DNA of 64,000 bases, taken from Callorhinchus milii (lineage: Eukaryota). The stretch covers positions 52,454,001 through 52,518,000 of the forward strand of contig NW_024704742.1 of NCBI RefSeq assembly GCF_018977255.1. The letters run 5' to 3'. Below, piece after piece: positions 34,479 through 48,620 of this stretch. A program made the position numbers and the translations under genes. Position 1 is the first letter of the stretch. Each line of letters starts with the position of its first letter. The notes below the pieces were generated by a model. That model searched no databases, was not told where the DNA came from, and was given only the letters and a program-made list of their open reading frames with translations.

Positions 34479-35283
34479 GTGTGTGAAGAGAGGAGCAGGG
34501 GAGAGAGGAGGGTGCTAGCAATTAATTCAGTTTGCAGAAAATGTTGAAATGGGGCAGCAACATAAATTTCAAAGCAAATGAGCAGAAGGGTAGAACCACG
34601 CAGGAAAAGTATCTATATTGATTTGTCAAGTATTTTGCAATTGGAAGTCTGTTAGATGGCAAATAAAAGGCATTTGATCCAGACATTTTCATTTCACCCA
34701 CTTAAATTCTGCCAGTCCTTTGCATGCTATTTTCCTTGTTTTTCTAAGCATCGATTTAGGTGGGGGGAAAATTCAAAATATTAAATATTTTGTTGATCTT
34801 CCATTCCTTTGAGGATACGATTTTTTACTTTTCTGAAAAAAAATCCTAATTCATAGCAACAATTCCAGTGAAACGTCAGCCTGTGAGGAACGGGCTCACC
34901 AAAAGGAATGTTCTCAGGAAATATGGAAATTATTAGCGAAGAATATATGAAGTACTTTGATGCATGATATATAAAAACCATACTGCATGCTAATGGTGTC
35001 CTGGGGTGAGATTCTGAAATACATCTGTAATCATTTTCTCAGTTGAACAGATGAATACTGATAAATGTCTAACCCACTTGCCAGCAAATTTTATGCTTGG
35101 TGCATGATAAACATAAACTAGAGGTAAAATAGCCAAAGTGCAAATCTTCACACATAGCTCAATTCATCATTGACCAAAAACAACATGAAACACTCAACCA
35201 AACACATTTTCAAACTGAGTGATTGAATATCTTCAAATATGCCGATGTCTTCACACAAAATGTGTTAAGAACTTGATATCTAT

Positions 35284-35485
35284 GGGTGGATATTCCCATT
35301 GGATCTAGATTTATTCTATTAACATAGCATTTCAGAGTGTCCAGAGCTTGTCTAGTTTTTAAATACAGTTTTTAATTTTGAAAATTTTGAAACTACGAGA
35401 AGCAGGTTTCAAAGTTAAAAACTGGATTTAAAAATTTGACAAACTCTGGATATTCTATGTTCCAAGAATACATCTAGATCTAGGT
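35284..35485. mobile_element. Palindromic MITE-like element, family B
   Basis: gatctagat.tattct..tccagag.ttgtc..tttttaaat.cagtttttaa.tttgaaa mirrored in the right arm. Confidence 0.7.
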
Positions 35486-36384
35486 AGTAAGCATAGCAGA
35501 AGGAATTGTTGATGACTATTACTGTGATGAAGGTTTTATGTTTAAGCATTTGCTTTATTTATGTTTCTGCCCAACTAGTGTATGGCAAAGGAGTTCAGTT
35601 CAATGGATTTCTTTGCTTTACTGAGAATTGTGTTGAAATCAGATCTGCATTTTTTGGGATCAGCTGTCATTTGTTATTCCAGCCATTAAGCATGATGTTG
35701 AGAATGATTTTGCAGTAAGTACATGGTAGAAGCCCAAGATCTTCTTTCTTTGCATGGCATTTTGCTGCTGGTGGTAAATTAAGCCAAGATGTAATAATGC
35801 TATTCGATCAGTTTAACAGCTGGAAAAGACCAACTGAAATGATGTTGAATGTGATTTATTCTCCAGTGCAAGTCTTTGAAGAAGAATGGCTCACTAAATC
35901 CCACTTAAGCATAAAACACATTTCAATTGGTCTTCCCATTTGATAGTTAAAATTTTTATTAAAGTGTAAGAGGAAACTGTGGACTTAAAACTGTATCTCC
36001 TGAAGTAGAGGAGCCTCAGCACTTTTCATCATTCAGCCCAGCTGCTGAAATCTCCATACTTGGGAAATTCTCATGTTTTGAATGATCAGTGAGTGAGTTA
36101 TAGTTAGGCCCACATTAAACAGCTATATATATAGCCAGACACTGGCTGTTTTGAAATCAATCTTTGTAGAATTGTTCTCATTGGCATCTAATTTGCAGCA
36201 TATTTTTAACAGAGTTCTTCATAAAAAATGTGTAATTATCAAATTTCTACAATATTAAGTGTCCTTAAAAATATATTTTTCAGAATCCCATGCTTCGCAG
36301 TGATACCCTAAAACTAGAGGAACAAAAGCTGCTTGCAACTACGGCGACAAATATGTGTATGTAGGGTTTCACTGTGGAGACATT

Positions 36385-36890
36385 CATAATAATAATAGTT
36401 CCTGCATTTTGATATCACTTCCTATATTAAAACATTTCAAATCAAGTTTTTCTGTGAAGTGTAACTGTGTACCTGTAGGCGAGTGCAACAGCCACTTTGC
36501 ACAGATCATTATGAAGTAAATGACCAATTTTATCTGGGTGATTGTTAGCCAGAACACTGGGAGAAACTCCCTTCACATTTTGAATAGTGCCATGGGATAT
36601 TTAATGTCTACTGTACAGGCAGCCAATTTGTGCACAGCAATGTCCCCAAAACAACCATGAAGTGGATGATCAATTTTGTTTGAGGGATTATAGGCCAGGA
36701 TACTGCGAGAAGCTCTCTTCTCTCTTTGAGGAGTGCCATGGGAACTTTAACATCCATCTGAACAGGCAGACAAGACCTTGGTTCAACATCTCATTTGCAT
36801 TCAACAATATTATTTCAAAGTCCAGACGTGCAACTTGAACCCACAACCTTCTGACTCAGAGGTGAGAGTGCTGCCAACTGAGCTAGGCTG
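36385..36890 (-). mobile_element. Older DeuSINE fragments (two tandem pieces plus head)
   Basis: gagaaactccc..gaatagtgccatggga segment occurs twice; head caaccttctgactcagaggtgagagtgct. Confidence 0.7.
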
Positions 36891-38434
36891 ACACATAAAT
36901 GATGTGGCACCAGTGGGAACCTATCATCAGTCATTGACACAATCCCCTTCCAACCCCAGCCAGCAGCAAAAATATACAGAGCAATGTAATTTGCGATATT
37001 TTTCAGTACATCTCGCCAGCGCACAAGAACTCTAATTGAATGCAATCTGTTTTCAGAGCAGAGATCTTATGCACTTAAGGTAATTTTAATGGATTTCTTA
37101 TTATGGAATCTGGAGGTAAAATTAGCAATAGTTTCTTAACTCATCCCTTGTGCATATTAACACAAGGAATAGGTTAAGAAACAGTCATGAATTTAAGTCT
37201 GATTGAAAATAAGTTATTTTGAATAACATAACTTGAAAAAAATTCTTCTTCTTTAAAGATGAAGAATTTTTAGATGAGATGAGATGTTCATGGCTTTGTG
37301 ATCTTTTGCCATAGACAGGTTTAGTCGATACTCTTACATGACTAGCAAAAAATACATGACTCCTACAGGACTAATAGTCTCCCAGCTTGTGTCTTCAAAT
37401 ATACAAATACCAACAGAAGCCATTAAAAAAATATTAGCTCATTAAAAGTAACAAGGGATTTTGGTCAACAGCACCAGTCATCATGGATCATAAGAGGTGT
37501 GGATGAAAAAGGCCCTTTGGCCCATCTGATCTCATTCCTCACCATCTTACCTACACCCTACAATCCTCCCAATACAATCAATTTTTTAAATCGGTCCATG
37601 ATCTTGGCCTCAACCACCCTTTCTGGTAACCTGAAATAATGCAGTGTTTGAATGTTTGTTATGTTTCTCCCTTCCATCAATTACAGTGTACAGTTAAGTC
37701 TGAGTATACCATCATACATTTATTGCCATCCAAAGGATAGCACACCTGACATTGTAGACCTCCTGCAGCACTACACTAGAGCTTCAGTCCAGAATATGAG
37801 CTCAAAGTCCAACAACATGAATCTCAGCCCACAACCTTTTGACCCAGAAACAAAAATGCTGAAGTGTTGAACCTGCTTGGTTGACGGAAGAGTCATATTG
37901 ATTGAACCACTACTGAACATCTCATGTTTCAGATACTCAACGCTCACTGTATGAAGTCTAAATATTTGGCTTGCAGTGACTAATGAAGTCTGGACCACAC
38001 CCTTCATGTGGCTTATGAAGGGGACTGATGGGCTTATGATTGTGTTGTTGTGAACTGCATTTGCTCATGTAAAAGCTGCGTGGGAAACATTTCAAAAGGG
38101 AGGACATTCACATGACTCTGCTAATGACTCTGCTCATTCTGTGGTGAGAACCATAAAATAAAGTAGAAATTTTGCATCCTCACTTGGGGATAAATTGCAA
38201 TATTTGTTAACAGATTTGGTATGTTGAGTGCCCATTGAGTGGACGAAATTCCACTTGGGTCCAAATTTACCAAATTTAATGTAACATTTCAGAGGTTACA
38301 CAATTTGGCAAATTTTGATTAATTTTGAAGCTGGTTTCCAGAAAACTGACATTGAAGTTAAGGCTGAATTTTAAAAAAGCTAAATTCTGGGTGCCTTCAA
38401 ATACTGCACTGAATCTGTGGTAAACAGGGCTATT

Positions 38435-38750
38435 ATAATAATAATAATCCTTGCATTTATTATAGCGCTTTTCGTGTCTTCTCAACATCTCAAAGCGCTT
38501 CACAGAATAGACTGTAAAATGAATTGACCGTATATTTGTAGGCGAAACGCAGCAGCCAATTGCGTACAGCAGTGTCCCACAAACAGTCATGGATTGAAAT
38601 GACCAATTTATTATTGTTTTGTTTTTTGGAGGGATTATTATTAGGCATGTGAAGTAAGGAAACTTGCCTTGGTTTCACCCTGCCTGGAATTGAACCCAGG
38701 TGTCTCGCTTGCAAAGCGAGTGCTCTAACTACTGAGCTACAGGACTCCAC
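38435..38750 (-). mobile_element. tRNA-derived SINE, short subfamily
   Basis: Full-length reverse-complement copy. Confidence 0.92.
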
Positions 38751-39583
38751 TATAGGGCAGGGCTTCCAAAATGTTCTAGGCTAAAGGTCCCAAATGTCTG
38801 AGAAAAGCCTACTCAAACATTAGGTATCCTGACTGAGGCCCAATAACACCCCCCCACTCGAAGTGCCCGGGCTTCCTGCGGAGCAGAAAGGCCTCCCACC
38901 TTCATCCCGCTCCCTCTCCCCCATGTAGGGTGCTTCTAGTTGGACAAATGGCAAGAAGCTTGCCACAGAATGCTCACAATGGTCAGCTGTGCAGTTTAGC
39001 TGGTTAGGCTCCAGCAGTATCCCAACACACACACACTTAGTTCCCAAAACTTCGGCTTTTGTCAATCCTAATAAGTACCAGGATTGGGTAAAAAGGGTGT
39101 GTCCCAGTGGGAAGAGAGTACGCACTCCATTCTGGACAAAGGGAAACTTGTATTCATATGTGCAACTCTCAGTTTGATTTGAAATCTTGGAAGCATAGTG
39201 ATCAGTTTATGTGTGTGCCAGGTACCCTTTATACGCTTGACCAAAAAATAAATGTAGCGGCAATGAAATGAAACCTTCATTCGGTGCATATGGAGGTGAT
39301 TATATGCAGCATTAAATGTGTCTTAACCAAAAGCATTCTTGTATGAAAGGCAACATTTCTTCTGAAAGCTACTATTGAAGTAGTCAATGCTGTAGATAAA
39401 ATCAGTGAACTGTATTCCAAACAGGATGTAAATCAACCTGGCCCAATTCCAGTCAATTTTAGGAATATGCAAATTTAGCACAATTCAGATTGTATGGGTT
39501 GGATTGGAACTCTTATCAAATTGCGCAATATCTGCACAAAGAGAATTCATAATTTCTTATGAAAGAAATTCCACCTCATAATA

Positions 39584-39829
39584 TTTAATAATAATCTTTG
39601 CATTTGATATAGCGCTTTTCACGTCTTCTCGACATCTCAAAGCACTTCACAGAATATACTGTAAAGTGAATTGACTGTATATTTGTGGGCAAAAACGGCA
39701 GCCAATTGCGCATAGCAGTGTCCCACAAACAGTCGTGGATTGAAGTGACCAATTTTGGGTTTTTTTTCTTGAGGGATTATTATCAGGCGTGTGGAGTAAG
39801 GAAACTTGCCCAAAGTTTCGCCCTGGCCG
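39584..39829 (-). mobile_element. 5'-truncated short-subfamily SINE inserted in the left arm of a palindromic element
   Basis: Tail to ccctg present; tRNA head absent. Confidence 0.85.
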
Positions 39830-40030
39830 GGAAAGATTTATTCCATTAATGTAGCATTTTAGAGCATCCAGAATTTGGCAAATTGTTGAATTCAATCTTA
39901 GCTTTGAAGTTGTTTTTCAGATGTTCTTAAAGGAAACTTACTGAAAACCAGCTTCAAATTTAAGGCTGTATTTAGGAATTTGCCAAATTCTGAAATGTTC
40001 TAAAATTGTACATAAATAGGGTAAATCTGT
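39830..40030. mobile_element. Palindromic MITE-like element, family B
   Basis: cagaatttggcaaatt / aatttgccaaattctg and tttgaag.t.gttttcag / ctgaaaaccagcttcaaa arms. Confidence 0.7.
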
Positions 40031-40600
40031 TAGTATTTCTCCCCATATGTGCATCGCCATTTTTCTGATTTTGCAGTACATTTTGCACATTATTGCAGAT
40101 GGTAAAGAGAACCACACTATCGCTGACTAGTGATTTATAAAATATTTTGGCGTATGGCGGGATCCCATTGTTTGGAACTCTATCGTGATGTCCCTCCACT
40201 TTGTCCTCTCCCTCCCCACCTTCAAAATACACCCTAAGATCTTTTTATTTGATCTTTTGACCACTTCCCTCACCCCATTCTCAGCTCCCCCACAACCAAT
40301 TGTGTAAACTACTTTGAGACATCTTTCCAAAAGACACTATATAAATATAAATTATTCTTGTTGCTTATTTTTGGTGCTCAGTTAGAGGATTTGTGCTTTT
40401 CAGCAGTATTGCATTTATCTGATCCTTTTCTATTTCATTTAATTTTTTCTAGCAGTTTGTACGTCAACATCTTTACTTGTCGATTTGTGTCCCATTTTCT
40501 TCCAGTCTAGTGATGATAGTGCTGACATTAGGTCCAAAATTCTTAGCCATTTTATCTTAAAATTTAAGTTTGCGCAGTATCGTTTTGCCCACAAAATATA

Positions 40601-41275
40601 CAACAACAAATTTACGTTTACATTACTTTCACATCGGGAGCATGTCCCAAGGCATTGGACAATCAATGTTTTGGATTCGAGCTGGGGGTCGGGATCTGAG
40701 AGGGTGGAGGGCAAGGGGGGGGAAAGGATAGTGACCAAAGGAACTGTCAAAGAGGAGGGTCTTGAGACAGCTCTTGAAAGAGGCAAAGGAGGTGGCAAGG
40801 GAGGGGGCGAGGTTGCGGGACTGCGGAATGGAGTTCCAGAGGGTATGGGCAAAGTGGCAGAAGGCCTGCCCGCCAATGGTGGGGTGGGCGAGGCGGGGAC
40901 ATGAAGCAAGTCAGAGCCCGCTGAGCGAAGGGAATGAGCCGATTGGCAAGAGGTTAGTAAGTCACAGAGATAGGGGTAGCAAGGCCATGGAGGGCTAATA
41001 GGTGAGGAACAGGATCTTGAACTGTATCCTCTGTGTAATGGGAATCCAGTGCGGTCGGGCGAGGATGGGGGTGATAGAGGAGCGGAGCCTGGCGCGGGAG
41101 AGGACACGGGCTGCAGAGTTCTGGATGATCTGCAGCCTATGGAGGGAGGAGTTGAGGGGCCCGACAAGCAGTGAGTTTGCGTAGTCAAGTCTGGATATTA
41201 TGAATGCATGTATGAAGGTCTCGGTGGCCTGCAGTGTGAGACAATGGCGGAGCCGGGCAATGTTGCTGAGGTGGG
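40601..41275 (-). mobile_element. L2 LINE 3' fragment (ORF2 C-terminus and 3' UTR)
   Basis: Minus frame reads RLDYANSLL...LQIIQNSAARVL...HWIPITQRIQFKIL, typical of the L2 ORF2 C-terminus; (TTG)n-type tail. Confidence 0.88.
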
Positions 41276-42865
41276 GAATGATAATTTGATATTGTGCCTA
41301 CAACGTCAAAGCATTTCACTCAAAATTGCTGTCAAGTGAAAAAGTTATGTACTTGTAGGCAAATGTGGTAGTCAATTTGGGCACAGCAAGGTCCCACAAA
41401 CAATCATGAAATGAATTATCAGAGGATTTTTGACCACAACATCAGGAGAAATCCCCTTCTCTTTTCATATAGTCTCACTGGATCACAAACATCCATCTGA
41501 ACAGGCAGATGGGTATTTTGCAGTAATATATTGGAGTGTTAGCTTAGACTATAAACTGGCACATGAACTTGCAACCTCTGACCCAGAGACAAACATGCTA
41601 CCAATTGAGCCAGGCTGACATCTGCCCTCTATACCATGTGTGTATCATATGTATTTCATTGAATTCATGAAGCTACATCTGTTCATATCCAAGTTGTGTG
41701 AGTTTAGAAGAACAATAGAGTTCAGTATCTGATTTATCAACCTATGACTTTACATTGTACAAAATGCAAATAAACCATAACATTGTAGCAAAGATCCTTT
41801 AAAAGTATTTTATGTGCTTAATTTTCCTATAGTTCAAGATACATTAGGTTGCATGGTAATAAAGTATTGTGCAGTTGAAAGCTAAACTTGCTTTCAGCTC
41901 CAATTATGCACGCAACCTTACTTGAGCCAACACAAGTTTAATAAGATTTAATTTAGTTTTAAAAAATCTATTTTCTTGAAGGTAAGTGACACAATTTTTT
42001 CATCTTAAATCAACCTATTTCCTTTCATTAAAGTTTGTTAAATCCCATGTGTAATGGTTTCCTAGCTACTACTTTGTTTTGCACTAAGCTGTGCAGTGAA
42101 CTCGTTGCTATTATTGTGATCTCTCTTCCCTGCAGAATGCAGATAAGATAGTTCAAGATTGTTATGCAATGCAAACTCAATGAAAGCAAGTTTATACAGA
42201 TTTTCCTTTGGCTGCTCATAATTTCAGGAAAAGTTATCCCTCCTCCACATGTTTCCTGACCCTGGTATCCTTTAATAGGAGAATTGCCACCTGTAGGGTA
42301 GTCTCATCAACATTATGATATCCTGGTGGTCTCCCCTTACAGACAGTTTTCAAAATCAACATTCGTTTGAAAGATATTCAGTGGAGCCACATTATAATTC
42401 AATCGTTGAGAGTCCATAAAATTCCAACCAGTTCTATAGTATGGGATAGCGCCAGTCGCCCTATTGTACTGTGACAATACTGATCAAAAGACATGCACGG
42501 TGTGCTGGAAGTTCATCAGAAGCAACCTAGTGATCTGGAAATTGGTCATTTGTTAACATGCTGGGAGCCAGCCGTTGGTCCTCAGGGAATTATGAATGGT
42601 TCTAGGTTCTTATGAAGCTTGTTGTAACAGCATTCTGCTGTATTAGCACATAATTCTAAGTGCTCTGAGACGCTCTGGAAGGCGCTATATAAATCCAAGT
42701 TGTTGTTGTATAATTCCTCGTTTTGTCCATTAGCAATAAAATTCCACATCTCAAAGGATGCAGCAGTCATAAAATTATGTTTGTCTCATGATAACTGTAA
42801 AGAAACAATGAAAAGTATGGAACTGAGGCTTGGCAACTATTTATCTGAACCTCGACACTACTATA

Positions 42866-43080
42866 GGCCTACAATTTGTCATGACCTTAGGCTTAAAACT
42901 GTTGTTTTAAAATTTAAGATCATGCAGAATTTTGGAAAATTCTTAAGATGAGTTTTAATTTGGAAGCATTTTTTTTGTAGTTTTTGCTTCCAATTTAAGA
43001 CTGAATTTTCTCAAATTCTGCATGATGTTCAATTTGAAAAACAATATCATAAAGCTGAGATCATGCGAAAATTAAGGACT
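42866..43080. mobile_element. Palindromic MITE-like element, family A
   Basis: Arms atcatgcagaatttt.gaaaattc..ttggaagca / tgcttccaa..gaattttc.caaattctgcatgat; relatives at 5111-5394 and 44247-44420. Confidence 0.7.
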
Positions 43081-43384
43081 AGGATTTACTAACAGAGGGA
43101 GGCAGAACCACAGTGATATATACATTCACTGCTCACATCCTGAGAATATTTTAAAGTAATGTAAGCTTTACGTTAAAAGTAACCCCCATCTCCTCACTAA
43201 CTCTATTCAGTACTTAGCACTTCAAAAGCTGAAGATCTGATCCAGCACCAAAACATCAAGTGGTTTTATGCCGACATAAAAGCAACCAACAGCTGCTTCA
43301 TACTAAACTCTGCTGCAAATTGTTGGTACTTATACAGTTTCTGTTCAATGTATTGCTTTGTACACACAAATACATTTTCAATAC

Positions 43385-43700
43385 TGGGCAGCAGAGAGCA
43401 ATGAGGATGATCCCCAGTGCTAGAGCACTGATTAGACAAGCTAGGGTTCTTCAGTATTTACAGGGTCTCCGTGAGGATCTTGTAGAGGTATACAAGACTT
43501 TCAACGGGATTGAGAAAGAACAATATGGAATTTTAGGACAGATGCCAGGAAATATTTCTTTACCCAGACAGTAATTAATGACTGGAACAGGTTACCAGGA
43601 AGGGTGGTTGAGACCAGGATGTTGGATGGATGGATGGATGAGATCAAATGGATGGAAGAGCCTTTTTCAGCTAAACCTCTCTTGTGATCTTGTGATGTAA
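43385..43700 (+). mobile_element. Decayed CR1-type 3' fragment
   Basis: QQRAMRMIP...LREDLVEVYK in the ORF track. Confidence 0.7.
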
Positions 43701-44246
43701 TAGTCAAAGAGATCATTTGGGGTTACAATGAAATATGTCATTAAGCATGGTTGCTATGTTTATTATATAAGCTTCCTTCCCTGTATTTTATGTTGTTGCA
43801 TTGTAATGCAATTTTAACTGTGATTCCCAATGATTTAATACACATTCACCACTTATATGCCAGTTACATTGATGTGATAAAAGGTCATTGTGTGCTGCTG
43901 CACAATTACAATAAATTAAATGTATGCTGTGACTTCATCAATGTTTCCTTTTTTTGCTTATCTGTAATCTAGATTGGAAAACATAACAGTTAAATGGTAA
44001 TTGAAAGGAGGAGGGCAGTGGAAAAGGCAGGTAAACGATGGGAAATAAATTGCATTTGCTTCCTGACAAAAATAAAATGAAGTAACATCAGCAATATTTT
44101 ACCATTAAACAAAATAAACTTTAAGAAAAACAACCTGTGCAAAGAATTTTGAAAGAATGTATCTGTCGCTCTGCTCACTGCATGCTTTGCCACATACTTT
44201 ATTCCAGTCTGGCTCTTCAATCCAGTTTCTTCTACCCAGATTCAGA

Positions 44247-44420
44247 GGCCGCATTTCCCATTATCTTAGCCTTAAAACCATTGTCTTATAAAGAATTGGT
44301 GCAGAATTTTGGAAAATGCTTAAATTTAGTCTTAATCTAGAAGCCGATTTCCCACAATTCTTGTAAGGAATTACCATATTTAAAGACTTAAGGCTAAGAC
44401 CAAGAATATTTTGATCCTTA
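44247..44420. mobile_element. Palindromic MITE-like element, family A, internally deleted
   Basis: tcttagccttaa / ttaaggctaaga; shares tgcagaattttggaaaat with the 42866 copy. Confidence 0.6.
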
Positions 44421-45437
44421 AGCAACCAATGATCTGGTATATGTAATGTTAGAAAATTGCAGCCAATGGTAATTAAAAATTATAAAACAGCATTTTGCTG
44501 ATGGAAGTGGCCTTCATTGTAGAGGAAGTTCTGTTGTGCAGGCAATAATCTTCATTATTGGAGCATTCACTGTCCCCCATCAATGTACATGGTTGGAAAT
44601 ATGAGAGGAAGCAACAGGCTCTTGAATACAATAATCTACCAACAATATAATAATCTACCAAGAAGTTTAGGTAAACTTTCACAACGCCAATAAGTTAACT
44701 AGGAGAAAACTTCCTCCAGCTACAATCAGGAGATCCACCACAGCAATGAAAGGTGCTCACTAAGCGTTTAATGACTAATCTTGGATCAGATGAATGGGAC
44801 TCCTTTACCAGTCTAATGCCTCCTGGCAAATTTAAAACATGTTCTATACGACAACAACAAAAATTACTCTCTTGTCATATGCTCTTTTAATGATGTCTAC
44901 TATTCCTCCATGTGCAGCTGTTAATTCCAATGGCACAAAATGCACAATGCAGTGGAGAATTGATTTTTTTATACACATTATCAGTACGTTCTTTTCAGTT
45001 ATAAACTGACTAGGTAATCGTAATGGAAGTACTTAAAGTGAGAAATCTATAAGCGTGTGCAGTGTACTCTCAGTACAATTTCTCCAATTGTTTTTGTGCA
45101 ACCAGAATAATCAATTCACGTGTGATCTCTGTCCTTTTACGTATGTGACAGTTAATAATAAAGACGATACTTTACCCACCATACATGTCTGGGATTGTTA
45201 GAAGTTCTTCCAAATTCTATTATTGACTACCCTTTCCAACCTCAGTTTTGAATATAAATAACAATAACAATCCTCGAACCTGATTTAGCACCTTTCACAT
45301 TGGGAGGTCAAAGTACTTCACATGTTAACAATTGTAAAGTGTCGTAACTAACGGTAGTTTGGAGGCGAATAAAGCACTGTGTGTGTATTGAGTATGTTAG
45401 GAAATGTGTATGATTTTCTTTGACTAGTCTGTGTATT

Positions 45438-45541
45438 TCTTCAGTTCAGTGAAGGCAACTATGCAAAAAAAAACTTTCCTCCTTTCATATGTTGAATGAC
45501 CCTCTGAGCATTTTCAGTGTTTTCTGTTTTTATTTAAGATT
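45438..45541 (+). mobile_element. Highly decayed Penelope-like terminal fragment
   Basis: ctgagcattttcagtgttttctgtttttattt.agatt resembles the reverse complement of 1960-2005. Confidence 0.4.
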
Positions 45542-46169
45542 GATGCAGATTAAGAGACAGTCTTAAAGCTATAGCCTAGTTGAATGAACAAATCCCTTTT
45601 TCTTTATAATATTTGGTGATACCTTATTATGCTGATTTATATCCTTAATAAATGACACATAGTTCGTGTTATTTTTATATAAATATTGTGATTATTCTGA
45701 AATGATGAGGTTTGTAATGGTAAGCAGTAATCTTGTGGAACATTGCTCAATCATCAGGGGATGCCTGAGTCTATTTGAATGACAATCTGTGACTCCAAAG
45801 GAATGAGATTAATAGACAGGAATCACCATGAACCATCAGATCAAAAGATTAAATGGAATGAGATGCGTTTAAGCAACTAAGAGATGACATTAATTACAGT
45901 TGATTTGAATTAAAATCTGAATTAAAATAGAATAAGTGTGGGAAACTTTCAAAGAAAATAAGTAAATTAAGTAACTGATACAAAACTGACTCTTGGGCGT
46001 TGTGATGAAAAGAGGATTAGGGAATAAGCTGCACTTGATCAGTATGTAGTACTGAGCTCAAGGTTCTGAAAGGTTGGGGAAGTATCTGAATAAACAGCAT
46101 CTGAATGGTGCCCTTTTCATTGCAAGAAAGGATCTCAAAGGCATTGGCAAATGACATTTAATACAGATA

Positions 46170-46460
46170 AATGCAAGGTACAACATATAGGAAGTAAGAA
46201 TAGGAAACACATGTGCTCCATGGATGGGATAAAACTTGCCAAGGGGGAAGTTGAAAGAGATCCAGGGGTGTAAGTTGACTCATCACTCAGCAAGTCAAAA
46301 TAGTGTGAGGCAGCAATAAACAAGGCAAACAGGATGCTGGGTTATATTGTTAAATCAGTTGAATTCAGATCCCCAGATGTTATATAGTGCTCTGATCAGA
46401 CTGCACATAGAGTACTGCATGCAGTTCTGGTCGCAGAGACATAAAAGGACTACCTTGTCC
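46170..46460 (+). mobile_element. Decayed CR1 ORF2 fragment
   Basis: gaaagagatccaggggtg...aaacaaggcaaacaggatgctgggttatatt...gagtactgcatgcagttctggtc (KANRMLGYI, EYC-x-QFWS). Confidence 0.7.
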
Positions 46461-47799
46461 CCAAAAACAATAAAAATAATAAAACACTCCTTCCATTTAA
46501 TATAGGGCCTTATTACATCAAACCATTTTTCAAAGTACTCCATAGGTAGCTGCTGATAAGTCTAGTGACTGAATTTGTAGACAAATATATAATATGAGAT
46601 GATTTGTAACACAAATTATTAATATTTACTTCAATTTGCAAATAGGGAATCGTGCTAGCAACCAAAAATACAGGTCATGTGTACCAGTGTGAATCCTGCT
46701 ACAATGCACACATGACTTCCTGTGGCTCACCTTGATACAATTCAACAGCATTCTCTATTTTCAACTCAGAATCAATTTTAATGTTTCCTGTTATGAAGTG
46801 TCATAAATTCGGCCCCATTTTGTAAGTTCTGTTTATCTATGGTTGTTTTTTAGCTCATGTTACTCAGTAACATCCCTGTGAAGTTAATTTGTGGAGGTAG
46901 ATGTGAAGAAGTTCTTCATTGAGAGAAATTAGGGGGACATGAATCCACAAGTTAAGCAGACAAGAAGCTTGTCACACTTTGAGTTGTTAACTTATCAAAT
47001 AGACTGCCATCAAATGCAGTGGATGCTGATTCTGTTGAAGCATCCAAAAAGGAAAGTTAGCTTTCTAACTCTGTGAGTGGAGGATACAAGTTTGGTTCAA
47101 AGGCAGGATGGGGAGAGGGAGATGGTGTTGCTGTGTTCCTATTCTTACCCTCCTGTGTTTTTATCATTAAGTCCTCTGTACGCTGCCAGGATTTACATAT
47201 CAAAGGTGTGCAGGAATCTATTGCTAGCAACAACAAAGTGCCTGACAGAATGCTTTAAAGAATTTCACAAGTGTTAGCTCAATTAGTTGTTATCGAAAAC
47301 AAATTATTTTAGGATGAGGACATTTCTGCTGTATAAATTACAACATCCTAAATGAATAATTCAAAAGGAAACAAGGCTATAAATAGCAATTATTTTTAGG
47401 ATGAGTCATATTAAGCAAGTGTTTTTCCAACCTCGTAAGTGACTAAATCAATGAAAGCAAATAAAATCAGTCATCACCAACACAAGGGTGACTGTCTGCA
47501 GAAATAACTAACCATTCTATCAATGTATTGGGAAAGAAAAGTCTTTCAATTTGCTATTTAGCTGAACAAGGGGCTATGATTAATAGTTTAATATCAGCTA
47601 AGAAAACCAAGATAAACTGAATAATAGAAAATAAAGGCAGTCAAAATTGACTTGGATTAGGCCTGAATCTGATTAAAATTTGATGCAATGCCATTCATAG
47701 CTATAATTATGACTAAGAGATTGCAACATCATGAATAATAGTACATATAAGAGTTCAACATCTGGTGCACACCTTTGATTAGAAGATGTTGCAAAAGCA

Positions 47800-48620
47800 G
47801 CAACAACAACTTGCACTTAAATAGCATCTTTCATGTAGGATAAGATCTTGAAGTGCTTCCCAGGGATGGTATAGAAATCCAAGCAAAGTAGGACGTAGGG
47901 GTAAGTAGGAGGGAGATAACCTAACGCCCAGTTAAAGAGATAGGGTTCAGAAGGGTTTTGAAAACAAAGAGGAAGGGAGCGAGGCAGAGAGATTTCCACA
48001 GAACAACAACAACACCAACAACTTGTGTTTATACAGCACCCTTCATGTGCAGTAGAGTCCCAGAGTGCTGAATGATGGCAGAACTTGATACCAAGCTGGA
48101 GAGAAAGGGGAGATGATCGTAGGTACAGTTGAAGAGGAAAGTTTTTAGTTGTGATCTGAAGATCAGTAAAGAACAACAACAACAACAACTTGGATTTATA
48201 TAGCGTCCTCCATGCCGGGCGGCATCTCAGAGCTCTTGACAGTGGCGGAGAACAACACTGAGCCAGGTGGAGGGGGAGATGACCGAAGGCCCGGTTGAAT
48301 AAGAAAGTCTTCAGGTGGGATCTGAAAATGGGGAAGGAAGGGGCAAACCATAGGGATAGAGGAAGAGTGTTCCAGAGTTTTGGTGCAGAGTGGCTGAAAG
48401 CACAGCCACTAAAGGCGGAACGGAAGGCACGAGGGACATGCAGAAGGCAGATCGCTTTCCGGGGTAATAATCCCTCCAAAAATTCAATCATTGAATATTT
48501 GTGGAGCACTGCTGTGCGCAATTAGCTACCACATTTCGTCCACAAAATACAGTTAGTCCACTTAGATGTGCTTTGAGACATCTAAGGTGCTATATCATAT
48601 GCAAGGATTATTATTATGAG
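47800..48620. mobile_element. Three tandem minus-strand L2 tails followed by a plus-strand SINE 3' fragment
   Basis: Three (CAA)n-ttgca/ttgtg/ttgga tails; AFSHSAPKLWNTLP...FRSHLKTFLF in the ORF track. Confidence 0.8.

Noticed and set aside
40439..41188. 249-aa ORF, the longest in the window
   Set aside because: Alternative frame of a decayed L2 ORF2/3' UTR fragment
47817..48521. 234-aa ORF
   Set aside because: Read-through of stacked L2 tails; no coherent domain
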